From Leptogorgia sarmentosa (taxonomy: Eukaryota), in assembly GCA_964658305.1 (NCBI GenBank), contig OZ210885.1, forward strand, positions 25,234,001 to 25,298,000: 64,000 nt of DNA. Reading direction: 5' to 3'. The position numbers and the translations under genes were made by a program. Below the pieces are notes generated by a model. That model searched no databases. It was not told the origin of the DNA and saw only the letters and a list, made by a program, of their open reading frames with translations. This document shows positions 24,387 to 37,900 of this stretch, piece by piece; within the stretch, counting starts at the first letter, position 1, and each line of letters opens with the position of its first letter.

Positions 24387-25070
24387 GGTAGTGGTGGTGG
24401 AGATGGTGGTAGTGGAAATGTTGGTAGTGGTGGTGGAGATGGTGGTAGTGGCATTGGTGGTAGTGGAAACGATGGTAGTGGTGGTGGAGATGGTGGTAGT
24501 GGCATTGGTGGTGATGGAAATGTTGGTAGTGGTGGTGGAGATGGAGATGGTGGTAGTGGCATTGGTGGTGGAGATGGAGATGGTGGTAGTGGCATTGGTG
24601 GTGATGGAAATGTTGGTGGTGGTGGTGGAGCTGGTGGTAGTGGCATTGGTGGTGATGGAATTGTTGGTAGTGGTGGTGGAGATGGTGGTAGTGGCATTGG
24701 TGGTAGTGGAAACGATGGTAGTGGTGGTGGAGATGGTGGTAGTGGCATTGGTGGTAGTGGAAATGTTGGTAGTGGTGGTGGAGATGGTGGTAGTGGAAAG
24801 GATGGTAGTGGTGGTGGAGCTGGTGGTAGTGGCATTGGTGGTGATGGAAATGTTGGTAGTGGTGGTGGAGCTAGTGGTAGTGGCATTGGTGGTGATGGAA
24901 TTGTTGGTAGTGGTGGTGGAGATGGTGGTAGTGGCATTCGTGGTAGTGGTGGTGGAGATGGTGGTAGTGGCATTGGTGGTAGTGGAAATGTTGATAGTGG
25001 TGGTGGAGATAGTGGTAGTGGCATTGGTGGTGATGGAAATGTTGGTAGTGGTGGTGGAGATGGTGGTAGT
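24387..25070 (+). repeat. (GGT)-rich minisatellite encoding GGDGNVGSGGGDGGSGI-type repeats
   Basis: Same unit as 17440-17499. It explains the poly-Val, poly-Thr, poly-Pro and poly-His ORFs in the track. Confidence 0.9.
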
Positions 25071-26172
25071 GTTGTTCGTGGAAGAAACGCAAACGAGACA
25101 AGGAGATTGAATGTGTGGCTTATTTATGCCAGGAACCTGACAACGAAAAGTCATTAAAAAATGTAAAATGGATTGCTTGTGATGACTGTCAACAATGGCT
25201 CTATGTATGTTGTGTTGGTTTGAACAGGAATCCAAAAGGGAGGTTTTCCTGTGGTTGCAAAAGAACTTTCTCCTTCAAGTAAGTAGTATGCATTACGTAT
25301 AAATATGTATAATTATATATAAAACCGGACAAAACAAGTAAAATAATTCATCAAAAATAGTCACAACAACAGTAATTTAAATCCCTTTTAGTGATATTAA
25401 AGATAAGTTGGAATTTTCGTTTTACGAGAGATGGTTTCGTGGGATTCGAGTAAGTACATATATGTATGCCCTCCTCAAACAAGGTGCTGCGCTTTTATGT
25501 AACGGTCAAACGTCCTTCAAACTGTCGTAGAGATCTCATAAATCAACTTGTTGAAGACATCCACGGAGTACGATATTTTTCTTTTGTTCTGCTAACTAAA
25601 CTGTTCCCCTGATATATTCATGCAATCTCGGCATGTTTTGCTCTGGTAAATGAAGACTACAGACTGGCAACGTATTAGAAATACATACGGCGAGGTCCAT
25701 AAACAAGCGAGAAAAGAACGAGACCGTGCAGTATCCTCCAGTACGGATCGAACAAACTCAGTCAATAAGCTATTTTTTATATGGCAAAAGATAAACAAAA
25801 CTCGTTTACAACAATTCAACACTATGAACAAAGCCGGTAAACGGCTAATTAATATAAGAACAGTTGAAGAAGTTTGCTAAAAATTGTTCTCTAAAATTTT
25901 ATTGGCTACCAAAAAAAGAACAAAATGTTGAAACAAAAAAAGACCAGAATGTTCAAACATGTTTAACTTCTTTCGTCTTCGTTGTCGCTTGATTCAATAA
26001 ACAACCGACATCGCTAAACGCGAGTGGTCCGTACTGCAGGTTACCGACCGCTCAGGAACCAATCAGAACGCTGTATTTTAGCAGACGGACCGCTCAGAAC
26101 ACTTGCCATATAATAAATATATGTATACCACCTCAAAGCATGTCGTGGTACACTTTTTACTTCCTTTATATA

Positions 26173-26758
26173 CAGGGTGTCTCAAAAAAAAGGTAATCGA
26201 ACTTTGGCATGCCATTGTGCGTTAATTACTGGGTGTACGAACGTGATTTTTGCATGGTCATAAAGATCAAGGTTTTAGCAGTTGAATGACATATTTCTTG
26301 TACGATATGGAAGAAAATCAGGCAAATGCGAGCGTGTTGAAAAATCTCGGTGAAAAACACATTCTTTCACCTCTGTGCCTAATTAAAGCAGTGCATAACA
26401 AAAGAAAAATGCAATTCATCACGAATGTGTCATGGTAACAAAGATTTTATCAGGATTATTAATAATTATGCATAATCAGGTCGATTGTTGAAGGGAAGGT
26501 CGTCATCTTCGAGTCCCAGAGGGAGTTAATTTTGAATAAGTTTAGCTGCAATTCTCAGAGGTGAAAGAATGCGTTTTTCACCGGGATTTTTCAACACGCT
26601 CGCATTTGCCTGATTTTCTTCCATATCGTACAAGAAATATGTCATTCAACTGCTAAGACCTTGATCTTCATGACTATGCAAAAATCACGTTCGTACACCC
26701 AGTAATTAACGCACAATGGCATGCCAAAGTTCGATTACCTTTTTTTTGAGACACCCTG
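26173..26758. mobile_element. Palindromic Tc1/mariner-type MITE
   Basis: CAGGGTGTCTCAAAAAAAAGGTAATCG termini, ~200-bp inverted arms, TA TSD. Confidence 0.9.
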
Positions 26759-27428
26759 TACTGTATTAGCCTTACATATTATCTTGCTGCTTTAGCAACA
26801 TTTGATGAAAATAAGAAGGCATGAGACTGTCAGCATTCGACAACGACTGTTTGAGACATCAACTAACCGCAAACGTCGAAATGTTATGGCAAGTGAATTC
26901 GGAGCCCTTTCTATCGGTCAGGTAACCATCTTCATAGCGCATAACGTCCAAAATTTCTCACTATACCGGTACCTAAACGATAAAACAGATCAACGTTCTC
27001 TTTCAGAGCTCTCTTACTTGGTTGGTAAACCTTTCACAACAAAGTAGAAAGAGTTACTGTTGTAGTGTCAAGTGTCACAGTTTAGTTTACTTTCAGGATG
27101 GGTTATATTTAGGCAGCTGCATTTTTCGTCTGTATTTAATGTGTCAAGATAATCCCAAAGTTAATTCTGTTATCTAGCTCTATCTCTCATTCTCCATCTA
27201 CTTTCTGCACCTATAGCTACTGGGGATCATAAAACACATATACTACCTTATTTATTTAGTACAAATCTCGAATGGAGGAGGTGAGAGCTATCATAAAAGA
27301 TTTATGGCCCGATTTGGATGAATGGAGCATCTTCCGTGTCAACAATTACATAATCGATGTGTTGTTGATCGAGGTTTGTCCAATCGTCCTTTGTATTTTC
27401 TAACTCTCTCTCTCTCTGTATATATATA

Positions 27429-28202
27429 CAGGGTGTATCAAAAAAAAGTTTACTCATGAAAAACATTCTCTAAACTGACGAGCGCTCAAAATTTCCAAAA
27501 ACTTTCCGTTAGCATGGGTAGTTTAACACCCTCTGGTATATCTAGCACTAAGTTTATTTTAAAAACAAACTTTTCTAGAATGGGAAATCTGGTTACTGAA
27601 AGGCCCATTAAAAACGGCTTGCGCGGAAAAAATAAGTTTTCTTCACACAATTTGATTTAATCGGATGAAAATATGGAGTATGATATAGAAGCTATTCAAG
27701 TTTTGAGAAATTTGGTGCATGCAGAGACGAACGGGCGTTGTCCGAAAACTGGATTTTGCGTTCTTTCCTGCGTGATTACTGATTAATTTATGCATAATTG
27801 GATATTTGCATTAATTACCAATGCAAATTGCAAGCTAATTCCCAAAGGTCCATAATTAGGCGAAGAACTCGTGGAAAATCCAGTTTTCGGACATCGCACA
27901 TTCGTCTCAGCATGCACCAAATTTCTCAAAACTTGAATAGTTTGTATATCATACTCCATATTTTCATCCGATTAAATCAAATTGTGTGAAGAAAACTTAT
28001 TTTTTCCGCGCAAGCCGTTTTTAATGTGCCTTTCAGTAACACATATCCCATTCTAAAAAAGTTTGTTTTTAAAATAAACTTAGTGCTAGATATACCAGAG
28101 GGTGTTAAACTACCCATGCTAGCCGAAAGTTTTTGGAAATTTTGAGTGCTCATTAGTTTAGAGAATGTTTTTCATCAGTAAACATTTTTTTGATACACCC
28201 TG
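27429..28202. mobile_element. Palindromic Tc1/mariner-type MITE related to 8182-8952
   Basis: CAGGGTGTATCAAAAAAA termini within (TA)n. Central ~250 bp nearly identical to the 8182 element. Confidence 0.9.
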
Positions 28203-28681
28203 TATATATATATATATACACACACTATATACGTTTTGTATATTTTGCTCACTGCTCATGCAGTTTGACCACTCTCTTGGATTAGGTGGAGAGTCTTTAT
28301 TAGACATTCACTATTTGCAATATGCATTGCTCACTACTCGCAGTTTGAGCACTCTGGTGACTCCACAATGCAATCCTTCCTCACAATGTGTAACCGTACA
28401 TCCTGTGCCCAAGTTCAGGAGTTGCCATAAAGCCATTATGGTGATAACCGGGAGGGCACATTGTTATACGTTTTGTCAAAAAGGTTATCCACAAAAAATT
28501 ATTTTATTTATTTATTTTTAGTATAATTATTTTATTGTATTCTTTACCAGGGATTAGTGTATGCATTGCAAATTGTGTTCGACTGCAACCGCAGTCTTGC
28601 CTCCCGCATTTTAGGTGATTGCACCAATCCGTTAGGCGAGGAAGATTGCGACAGCCACTGATTTTTAAAACAGATGCGTTA

Positions 28682-28914
28682 AAGCCCAGACAGACCGGAC
28701 GCGATTCAGTAACGCGACGCGATTTTTCAGTTTTCAGAAGCGAATATAATTGCTTCTGATTCAATATTTCCCCAAATTTAATAGCGACAGGACTTTTTAA
28801 CTCATCACAGGTTCATATGACTTCCAAAATTTACTTTCTGGCACAGTTCTATGCACTTTCAAAGACTGAAAAATCGCGTCGCGTTACTGAATCGCGTCTG
28901 GTCTGTGTGAGCCT
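28682..28914. mobile_element. PIF/Harbinger-type MITE
   Basis: ~50-bp inverted arms (CAGACC.GACGCGATTCAGTAACGCGACGCGATTTTTCAGT) flanked by a 3-bp TTA duplication. Confidence 0.7.
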
Positions 28915-29399
28915 TTAGACGTAATCCCTTGATGTTGCCGAGGTTCACTACTTTCCGAGGTCATCGTTTGCAGCTGGCCAGCACAAGGTCCTATATCTGT
29001 ATTGTTGAGTCATCCACAGTTTTCCATAAAACTGCGTATTGGAGTTTTTTAAATCTGTATTGTTTCCTATTTATATATTAAAAATAATATTCCTTATTCT
29101 TTCATGCGTAAATAGATTGTAAATAGAGATTTAATATATCATTTGTAAATAATTGTTGCATAAAAAAAACTTTATTGTTCTTTATTTGTCGAAAGCATTT
29201 TTTGTATAATTAAACTGCCTCTTTTTGCCATGTAAATATATTTTTTCTTCTATAGTCAATAAGCAAGTGTTGTCGCGGTGTTGGGAAGCTACCCCAACAT
29301 AGGTGTGTAATCTGTTCTATGTAAACTTGTGCTTTCCACTTTATTCCAAAGCTGAATTCATGTCGATCATGATTGGCAGTAATTGGCAATCTCATGACG

Positions 29400-31175
29400 C
29401 ACCGTACAACAACATAACACAAGAAACGATTGCGGAGTTGTTTGGAGTCGTATATTTGCACAGTGAAAGTTTGACTGACAGTCATAAAAAAAGTATAACG
29501 ATATCCTGCACTAGAACCATGTTGGCTATAATAGTCAACACTGATGATGTCATAATGCTGATGTTCATAGCAGGAGAACGATTGTAGAGTTGTTTGGTAT
29601 CATACATTGGCATGGTGAAAGTGTGACTGACAGTCGTTAAAAAGTATAACATGTACAATTTCGATATCCCAATATAATACCATGTTCGGTGTAAGTGTAA
29701 CCCTTAAAGATGTTACCATGCAACAATGCATAACAGGAGAACGATTACAGAGTTGTTAGTATCGTACATTTTCACGGTATGGTGAAATTGTGACTGATAG
29801 TCGTTAAAAAGTATAACATGTACAGTTTCGATATCCCAGAATAATACCAAGTTAGGCGTATGATGTTACCATGCAACAATGCATAACAGGAGAACGATTA
29901 CAAAGTTGTTTAGTATCGTACATTCTCACGGTATGGTGAAAGTGTGACTGATAGTCGTTAAAAAGTATAACATGTACAATTTCGATATCCCAATATAATA
30001 CCATGTTCGGTGTAAGTGTAACCCTTAAAGATGTTACCATGCAACAATGCATAACAGGAGAACGATTACAGAGTTGTTAGTATCGTACATTTTCACGGTA
30101 TGGTGAAATTGTGACTGATAGTCGTTAAAAAGTATAACATGTACAGTTTCGATATCCCAGAATAATACCAAGTTAGGCGTATGATGTTACCATGCAACAA
30201 TGCATAACAGGAGAACGATTACAAAGTTGTTTAGTATCGTACATTCTCACGGTATGGTGAAAGTGTGACTGACAGTCGTTAAAGGGTATAACATGTACAG
30301 TTTCGATCTCCCAGAATAATACCAAGTTAGGCATACGTTGTTACCATGCCACAATGCATAACAGGAGAACGATCACAAAGTTCTTTAGTATCAGAGACCT
30401 TAAGATTGGCGTTTACGGCAAACCGCGAACCGCAGTCGTACGTTGGCATTGCCGTCAGCGGTATACGATTTTTAGAAGATTAAGATCTGTGGGTTTACTG
30501 CAGTGTGAAAAATTCAAGATGGCGGCGGCCCAAAGGTATGGCATATGTATAAGTTTTTGCTTCACAAATGTCTTAAAATAAACGCTTAAAGGTATAAAGC
30601 AAATATTTGATTTCTTAATATAATTATGAAATACGTTTTAAGCATTTTCTCTGAATTTTGCCAGTAATAATAGCAAAAAAACTTGCAGTAAGTGACTTAC
30701 CTGTGGAAGCACCTCCTCATGTTGTAACGTGGACCGCAAACGGCAAAATTTACCGCAAGCACTCGTCACGTGACTTCTTGACGTTTGCGGTGAGAAAAAT
30801 ACGCCAATCTTAAGGTCTCCATCGTACATTTTCACGGTATGGTGAAAGTGTGACTGATAGTCGTTAAAAAGTATAACATGTACAGTTTCGATATCCCAGA
30901 ATAATACCAAGTTAGGCGTATGATGTTACCATGCAACAATGCATATACAGCTGAACGATTACAGAGTTGTTTAGTATCGTACATTCTCACAGTATGGTGA
31001 AAGTGTGACTGATAGTCGTTAAAAAGTATAACATGTACAAATTCGATATCCCAATATAATACCATGTTCGGTGTAAGTGTAACCCTTAAAGATGTTACCA
31101 TGCAACAATGCATAACAGGAGAACGATTACAGAGTTGTTTAGTATCCTACATTCTCACGGTATGGTGAAAGTGTG
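29400..31175. repeat. Tandem satellite of alternating 167- and 154-bp subunits (321-bp dimer)
   Basis: Marker AAAGTATAACATGTACA at 29641, 29808, 29962, 30129 and (variant) ~30283. Confidence 0.9.
30393..30820. mobile_element. PIF/Harbinger-type MITE inserted in the satellite
   Basis: TIR RGAGACCTTAAGATTGGCGT. 3-bp TSD ATC (30390-30392, 30821-30823); removal restores TTTAGTATCGTACATT. Confidence 0.85.
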
Positions 31176-34100
31176 GATAACAAAAAATGCTTAGAAGTTC
31201 AAGGAGGGCGTGACAAAAGAAGAGTACCCTGGTTAAAACTAGTGAACTGTTTGGTGAATCGTTATTAGATGTGCGCAAACTAAATCTGAATTTATGCAAA
31301 ACCTAGACAGTACGAAAGATAACTTTGGTGTTGCTTCGTTGTATGGCTGTAAAAGGCGTACATTTTGACATTTTGATCTGAAATTTTCTCAAACAAGATA
31401 ATATGTGAGCTGTTTACTACGCAATAAGATTTATTGCTCTATAAATATACTCAGAGTCAAAGGGAGGCATTTTTCTTGGGAAACCCTGTAGAATAATTAC
31501 AGGAGGTTTGTGGCATATTTTGCGGATTATAAGAGAAAGTAAACTTAAGATGTTACTGCATGGTAGCAATGATAATGAACTCGTAATAAATCGTAAAATT
31601 GTTTATTGAGAAAAAACGTGTTAAATTGGGCTAAACTTCGACATATCATTTGACAAAATTTGCATAATGGAGATCTTGTTCTCCCACATCAAGGAGGTCA
31701 TCACCGTCACTAATGGAGTCCTCTTCTGAATCTGGGTAGATGTCCTCATCACCCCTGTCTGGAAGATGGATGTATACCTCATCCGATGGTTCTTCTGTTT
31801 GTGGTTCGATGTCACTGGTGCCACTGGTGTCCTCATGACTTGAAGCTTTGGGAGTTGTATTGATAGGTGTGCCGAGAAGATATGGTGCAACTTCAAAAGC
31901 TTACATTCAACATCCACAACTTGTTGTGAGACTAGGGATTGTTTTCCTAAGGTAAACAAGTCATTGTCTTCGTCGACGGAAATGTATGCACTGGCGAGTA
32001 TCTCACGTTGTTTACTAAAATATTGCCAGCATTCCTGCATATCAGATTTGAGTAAGCCGATTTCTTCTTCACAGCGCTGGACCATAAACTGCAAATCAAT
32101 TACTCGCCTTTTTGTTTTAAAGGGGACAACAGAAAAACTTGATATTGGGTTAAGGCCCTCCAAAGTTGCCCAAATTTCGGCATCTGGATTGGAAATTGCA
32201 TCGAAGTGGATACTGTGGAGCATTTCGGAAAGTGGGGATGAAGGACTTCCTCGTGCCTTGGATGTTTTGTTGTATACATCTATCCTTTTTCTTATGTCCT
32301 TAGTGACCCGATTGATCTGCTTTGACAAGTGAGTCGCCAGCATTTTTCCATCTGCGTAACAAATGTAAACGTAACAACGTTATTTCTTGGCAGTACTGAA
32401 TGCTAGTCTAATATAAAGTCAGGGAACCCAATAGTCTCCTGCATAAATAGTAAATAAACAGAAATTAAGACTACAAATGACGATTGTGCTAATTTTGTAC
32501 TAAAATGTAACCCGAATATAGACCACAAGAAAAACCCACCATATTCTATTCATTTATTTCATTTCTTATCCCATATGAAGGGCACCAAGAAAAACTATCT
32601 AACCTGAATATTTAGATTTCAGGCTCAGTAAGAACCATCGTTCAACCACTTTGCTTCTTATTTCAGTAAGCTCGGCCTTTCGTTTGTTGGTATCAATACG
32701 CTGACGTGTTTCTTGAGATACGCGGTCACTCTCCTTTCACCTTACATTTACGCCATTCATTGTTTCTATGTCTTGCAAGGTTTTGTCAATTCTGGAACAC
32801 ACACAGACATAAGAGGTTGCAGTAAAACAAGTTCATCAACACAATTAACTTGCGTGGATGCGCATATGTGTTTCGCTCACGTCAGCGTAGCTCAAAACTG
32901 AATTTGAACTCTTAATGGTTAATCTAAGGATGCAGGTTTCAAAGTACATTTCCATCGTACTGTACACAAGCCCCTACGGTACTTTCTATATTTATATTAC
33001 ATCCACATATATACCAGAGTACATTCACATCCTGTATCCACTGTACTGTACATGCTAAACATACTTACGTTTTTATCTGGTTGTGAATTTGTAGTGCTGC
33101 ATCGGCGTTTTTTGCGTTGAGGGCTGCCCATTGCTTTTCCAATTCATACAAGATACCGAGGTATATTGCATATTTTTCTTCCCACGATGATTCTTCCACT
33201 AAGCAAGCAAAAATATCCAATGGTTACAGCTCGTGTGTAAATACTTTTTGCCCTAAGTATAGTTTTACACTCACCTGACTGGTTTTGTGACGTATTCATA
33301 AAATTCGATTGTTCATTAGCCCATTGAACAATGTCGTCTTTGGTAACTAAAAAGTATATTAGGTATCAAAACAAGCGGCGAAGATTTGACCATAGCCTCT
33401 CTAAGACTTCACTGTCAGTAAGGCCAAACCCAGTTAATCGTCGTGGACTGTACTTTATCTGATTAATTAACAATTATTGGATGAGGGTCGGCTCGGCTGA
33501 TAACGCTTACCTCGACCTTGATAATTTTGCATATCACAAAAACCGAATTCAATAATTGTTTTATTATACATTTGAAGAATAATAAACAAAGTATTAACGC
33601 ATGAAATAAGCCCCCCTTTCCAGGTCCTAAAATGAATAAGCCCCCAGGGGGCTAAATAGAGAGAGATTGTGCGGTATGCTAACCACAATCCTATTACAAC
33701 TGTATACAGAACCATAACCACAAACCGATTCTAACGACATAGTATCTTTTACTCTAAATTTTGTCTTTAGTTATTGTGTGACACTGTGCAACAGCTGTAT
33801 GGGCACAGAATAACACGATCTAAATCACGCACCATTCACATATTATATTAATATGCAAAGGCTTACCTGGCAGATACCTTTGTGACCATAAACGTGAAAA
33901 ATTGGTATTGCATAATGGATGCGTTCTAACGCATCAGTTAAACCACGATTCTGAAACACATTTTGAATTACAATAAATGCAATTAACCACAGTGTAAGAT
34001 AGAAAAGTCTGGGTCAGATATTAATAAAATCATTAAACTTTTTAAGACATATTTTTAACATAATATTAACTAAAGATATCAATACCAACTGTTGACACAC

Positions 34101-34987
34101 ACCTCTAAGTATAACGTTAGCAAGCAGGCCACATCATACAGTACATTCATTTCGATATCTGGCTTGTCATAAGACATGTCAGAATATCATTAATGTGCCA
34201 AAGAGCATATGACAACCTACAACCAAAATGACAATGACATTACTCCAAGCCAGTTTCCACTCAGGAAAATAAGCATCGGATCAGATTGGACTCTTTTCTT
34301 TATCTTTGATCCTTTATGAAAGGATTATAGGTTCAAACTGGAACAAAAAAATGGTATCGAAAGCCCATGCGAGGGGATTAATTTTGTTCTGATCTTGTCC
34401 GAACCCATGTTTATTTTCTTGAGTGAAAACCGGCCTTCAGAACCATTAGTTATATATTAATTAAATAGGTTAGTAAGCAAGCAAGCAAGTCGTCTGGTCA
34501 GTGCAGTTTTTTTAGTTCTGGTCAGGTCACTTTTCACTTACCTCTCTCCATGTTTTAGATTTAAAAACATTTTTGGAAATTCATGTCGACATGCCCTTCC
34601 AAAAACAGCCATAGTGGAAAGTTCGTCACTTTAGCCGGAGATCTCCCGCGGCAGATGAACCTTTAAGAAGAGCTGTTGCGGTAGCTTTTTGCGGTAGAAA
34701 AGAACTCGAAATTCCGCATGCGGTAGAGTTTAGAGGTAGTTTAGCAAAGAAATTCGTATTGCGGAAAAATATTTCGGAAGGTAATAAGGTATAGCCGTAT
34801 AGCCAAAATCACTGAGCCAAATTAATGCGTTTGTTTGTGTCCCTGAAAATGCCTGATTTCAAAACAGTGAAAACACCCTAAAAGCGGGAAAACGTACACG
34901 AAACTGAACTCTTTTGGTCTACCCTGTGATCAAATGCGAGCAAGATAAATATGATGTGAGATTGTGTCATTGTGAGTGTAACATGAG

Positions 34988-37900
34988 AATGGCTGAACAA
35001 GGAGAGGACATTGAAAATGAAAGTGAATCAGGTAAATAACAAAAGTAACGACTATTACGACTAATTTTGTTTGAAAGTTTTGAATAATTGTGTTGTTTAA
35101 TATTTATTGTTAAAATTCATTAGTATGTATGAAGAAAATGCATTGATTCAATAGAAATTAAATCAGGGTTCTTTGTTTTTCTTTGTGAATTGCCCCATCC
35201 GATGATACGATGGGACGTCGTATTTTCACTATTTCGTGTCTTACAGTTGCCTTTAATCTTTTTCATAAAGCACTGAAGCTCGAACTCCATCAACTCCGAG
35301 TGTTTTAAAAATTTAAATAGTGCATTTGTATTTTAATGCTGCAGTAAATAATTAAATAAAATTTCTATAAGTAAACTTATAGCAACATTTTTTTATTCTG
35401 CTTTAGTATGTGTTTCCTGTGAGTGCCAATATTCAGGAAGTCATTGTTGCTATGCCTGCAAAAAACCTTGCCACAGTTTTGAGCCCTGTAGTCTTCCGGG
35501 GCCTGAGGAAGGTTATGGGGCTATGGTACTGTGTTCCAAATGCCAAGGTATTTGGCCCGTATTTGTTATTATAAATCAGTCTTTAGTCTACATACTATAG
35601 CAATGGCATTACTTTACTAGTACCACTACCATTTGCCATATTGTGGAAAATGTTATATTTTGTAGTTGACACAATTGACAATGCTGGCACAGTTGCAGAA
35701 TTGCAATTAGGTGAAAAAACAGCTATAAAAAGGCAAATTGGAATTACGAACTTTTTCAGAAAAGCTGATTCAAACCCAAAGAGGTCTCTGTCCCCTTCAT
35801 TACAACATGCTGGGAAAAAGTTACGGGCAAAAGTTGATTTGCAGCCAGTCCAGCCACCATCGAAGATGCCTTGCATTTGTATGACTTGTTTCAAGTATGT
35901 TAACTAACAAAAGTATAATTCATTAATTCCACTGTTGTTTCCTCCCTGTTGACCAGTTGTTCAGTAACGCTAGTTGATTTTAGTCTTGCATGCAAGCTGC
36001 CTGCACTCAAGTGCCTAAAAAGTTTGAAATTAGAATTCAGAATATTGATTGTGCAAGAAATACTAGAACTGCAATACTATATATATATACCACACTTTTT
36101 TTTTCAGTGCTAATAAATCAATGTCCCCTCACAATTATTATCTTTGTCGAAGTGATAAGCAAACAAAAGAAAGACATGTTTCAAAAGCACATAGTGGAAT
36201 GAAAACACATCGTATCTGTTTTGTTGATGCTACTGCACCAATTGCAGCCGAAGCTTTAGATGCTTACAAATGTGTTTGTTTGAAAAAGTTGGAAATTAGT
36301 CAAACTACCAAGAAAGCAGTTGATTCCAGTCAAAGTGAAAGTCAAAGTGAGGAATCTAAGGATGGTCTTTCAGCACTAAGTCATCAAAATCTAGATGAAA
36401 CATCTATTGAAAACGATCATAAACTAGAAGAAAAAATGGATCTTGTAGTTACTATGTTAAAAGATTTATCCCCCAAATCAATCAACAAAAATACCAAAAA
36501 GTTCCTTTGGCTTCAAGTAATGCATTTGATATGTCAGTTTTGGTAAATGAACTGACTACAGACAAATATGATCCTGGCAGTCTCTTATGTGGACTGGAGT
36601 AAGATAGAGAATATAATCCAATTGACAGAAAAAGTCAAGAGTATCAGATTCTTTGCCGGTGCAGGCGGCGCTGAAAATTGCCAGAAAGGATGTGTCAGGT
36701 GTCAGCTGTGTTTTGAATACCTTTCCTCCCGAGACAACCATCTGAAAAAGCACGATCCCACGAGAATCGAAGAAGATGGGCATTCTGTCACAATGCATAT
36801 AAAAAAGTAAATACAACTATCATGATTATAATTATATCAATTCAGTTTCTAGTTTCTTAATTATCAAAATACTATTTCTTCAAGGTAATATTCTAGTACT
36901 AGTTTCAAGAGTCAAATGTGCTGGACAGCTCATACAGTATTAATCCATCATTGATTTAATTTGTCAACTTTTCAAACATTTTCCCCAGATATGGTAACAA
37001 TATATCCAGTGGTTTATTCTTTGAAAATGCTGAAGATGTTGGCAAGAATGATTATTGGTACAAATTGAAAAACCGCATTAAGAATCACCTAAACTGCACT
37101 GGAGATAATGCAAAAACACATTTTGAAGCGCTTAAGGTAAGATCATTTTAACACGTACTAAGGGAATTCTCAATTGAAACCAAAGAGGCAATGTAAATTA
37201 ACATGAGGTAATTGACAACTGATATACGGTCATCAATTCGCAGCTTTCTGCTTTCAATAGAGATTTGATGGTAAACTTTGGCCGTGTCTTCAGCTATAGT
37301 TGTTAAATTAGTTTTATTGTTAGGTAGAGCACTCAAATAACAAATTGGACAAAAGGGGTCTAAACGTGTCAAAAAATTTAGTGAGAGTTGCGCTGTCTGT
37401 TGTTGAGTCCAAGTGTGCTGCGATCCACTTCGAAATGCAGGTAGCAGCTCATATTGCAACCGGCTCAGATATGGGAGATATAGGACACTGCTACAAACAA
37501 TTTAACGAAATTCTTAAAGCAGCCGAAGTATATATCGATAAAGAAATCGAGAAGTATCTGCTTACACCTCTTACAAACACATTCCTACCACCACATTTCT
37601 GTGGGTTGGCAGACAAGTCAACCATCCACCGAATTACCAACCAAGGTGTAATTATTACTGCCATGTTGAATGGCATAAAGACGGCAATTCTTGTCCAAGC
37701 TCCAGCAGTATACCACGCATTTGACAACGACGAAGGAGATGCAGAAGGTGTGACTGGTGCCTGTGCACCAGAATTAGCGGAGACCATCTTTACAACTATT
37801 ACAACCTATCCTGGTCTGATCAATATAATAGGAACTTCGTGGCAGGGGACGGTGTTAGACGGTCAATACCAACCAAAAGGTTTTGCCAATAAGCTTTGGG

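Larger units (their letters stand above)
16889..25282 (+). pseudogene. Gene with GTF2I-like repeat, Gly-rich repeat and PHD-like finger, split by the 6.9-kb YR/helicase element
   Basis: Exon ~16889-16974 (VREIINMKF, GTAAGT donor) splices to 17261 (EATRLPGSKFSYKK..VVGMPD..RDPSTMG..LKKII..DQISF). Gly repeats at 17440-17499 resume in frame at 24390. After a 1-nt shift comes CVAYLC..KWIACDDCQQWLYVCCVGL..FSCGC (25082-25282). Confidence 0.65.

Noticed and set aside
24037..25235. Long poly-Val, poly-Thr, poly-Pro and poly-His ORFs
   Set aside because: They are alternative frames of one GGT minisatellite. Only the Gly frame continues the upstream gene.
29400..31175. CRISPR-like array (also considered for 3390-6620 and 17941-18070)
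   Set aside because: Whole units repeat with no unique spacers, there are no cas genes, and the context is eukaryotic.
33468..33562. Short inverted-end segment resembling a non-autonomous Crypton-like repeat (similar pieces at ~25660-26120 and ~56085-56220)
   Set aside because: Boundaries and family could not be established from this window.
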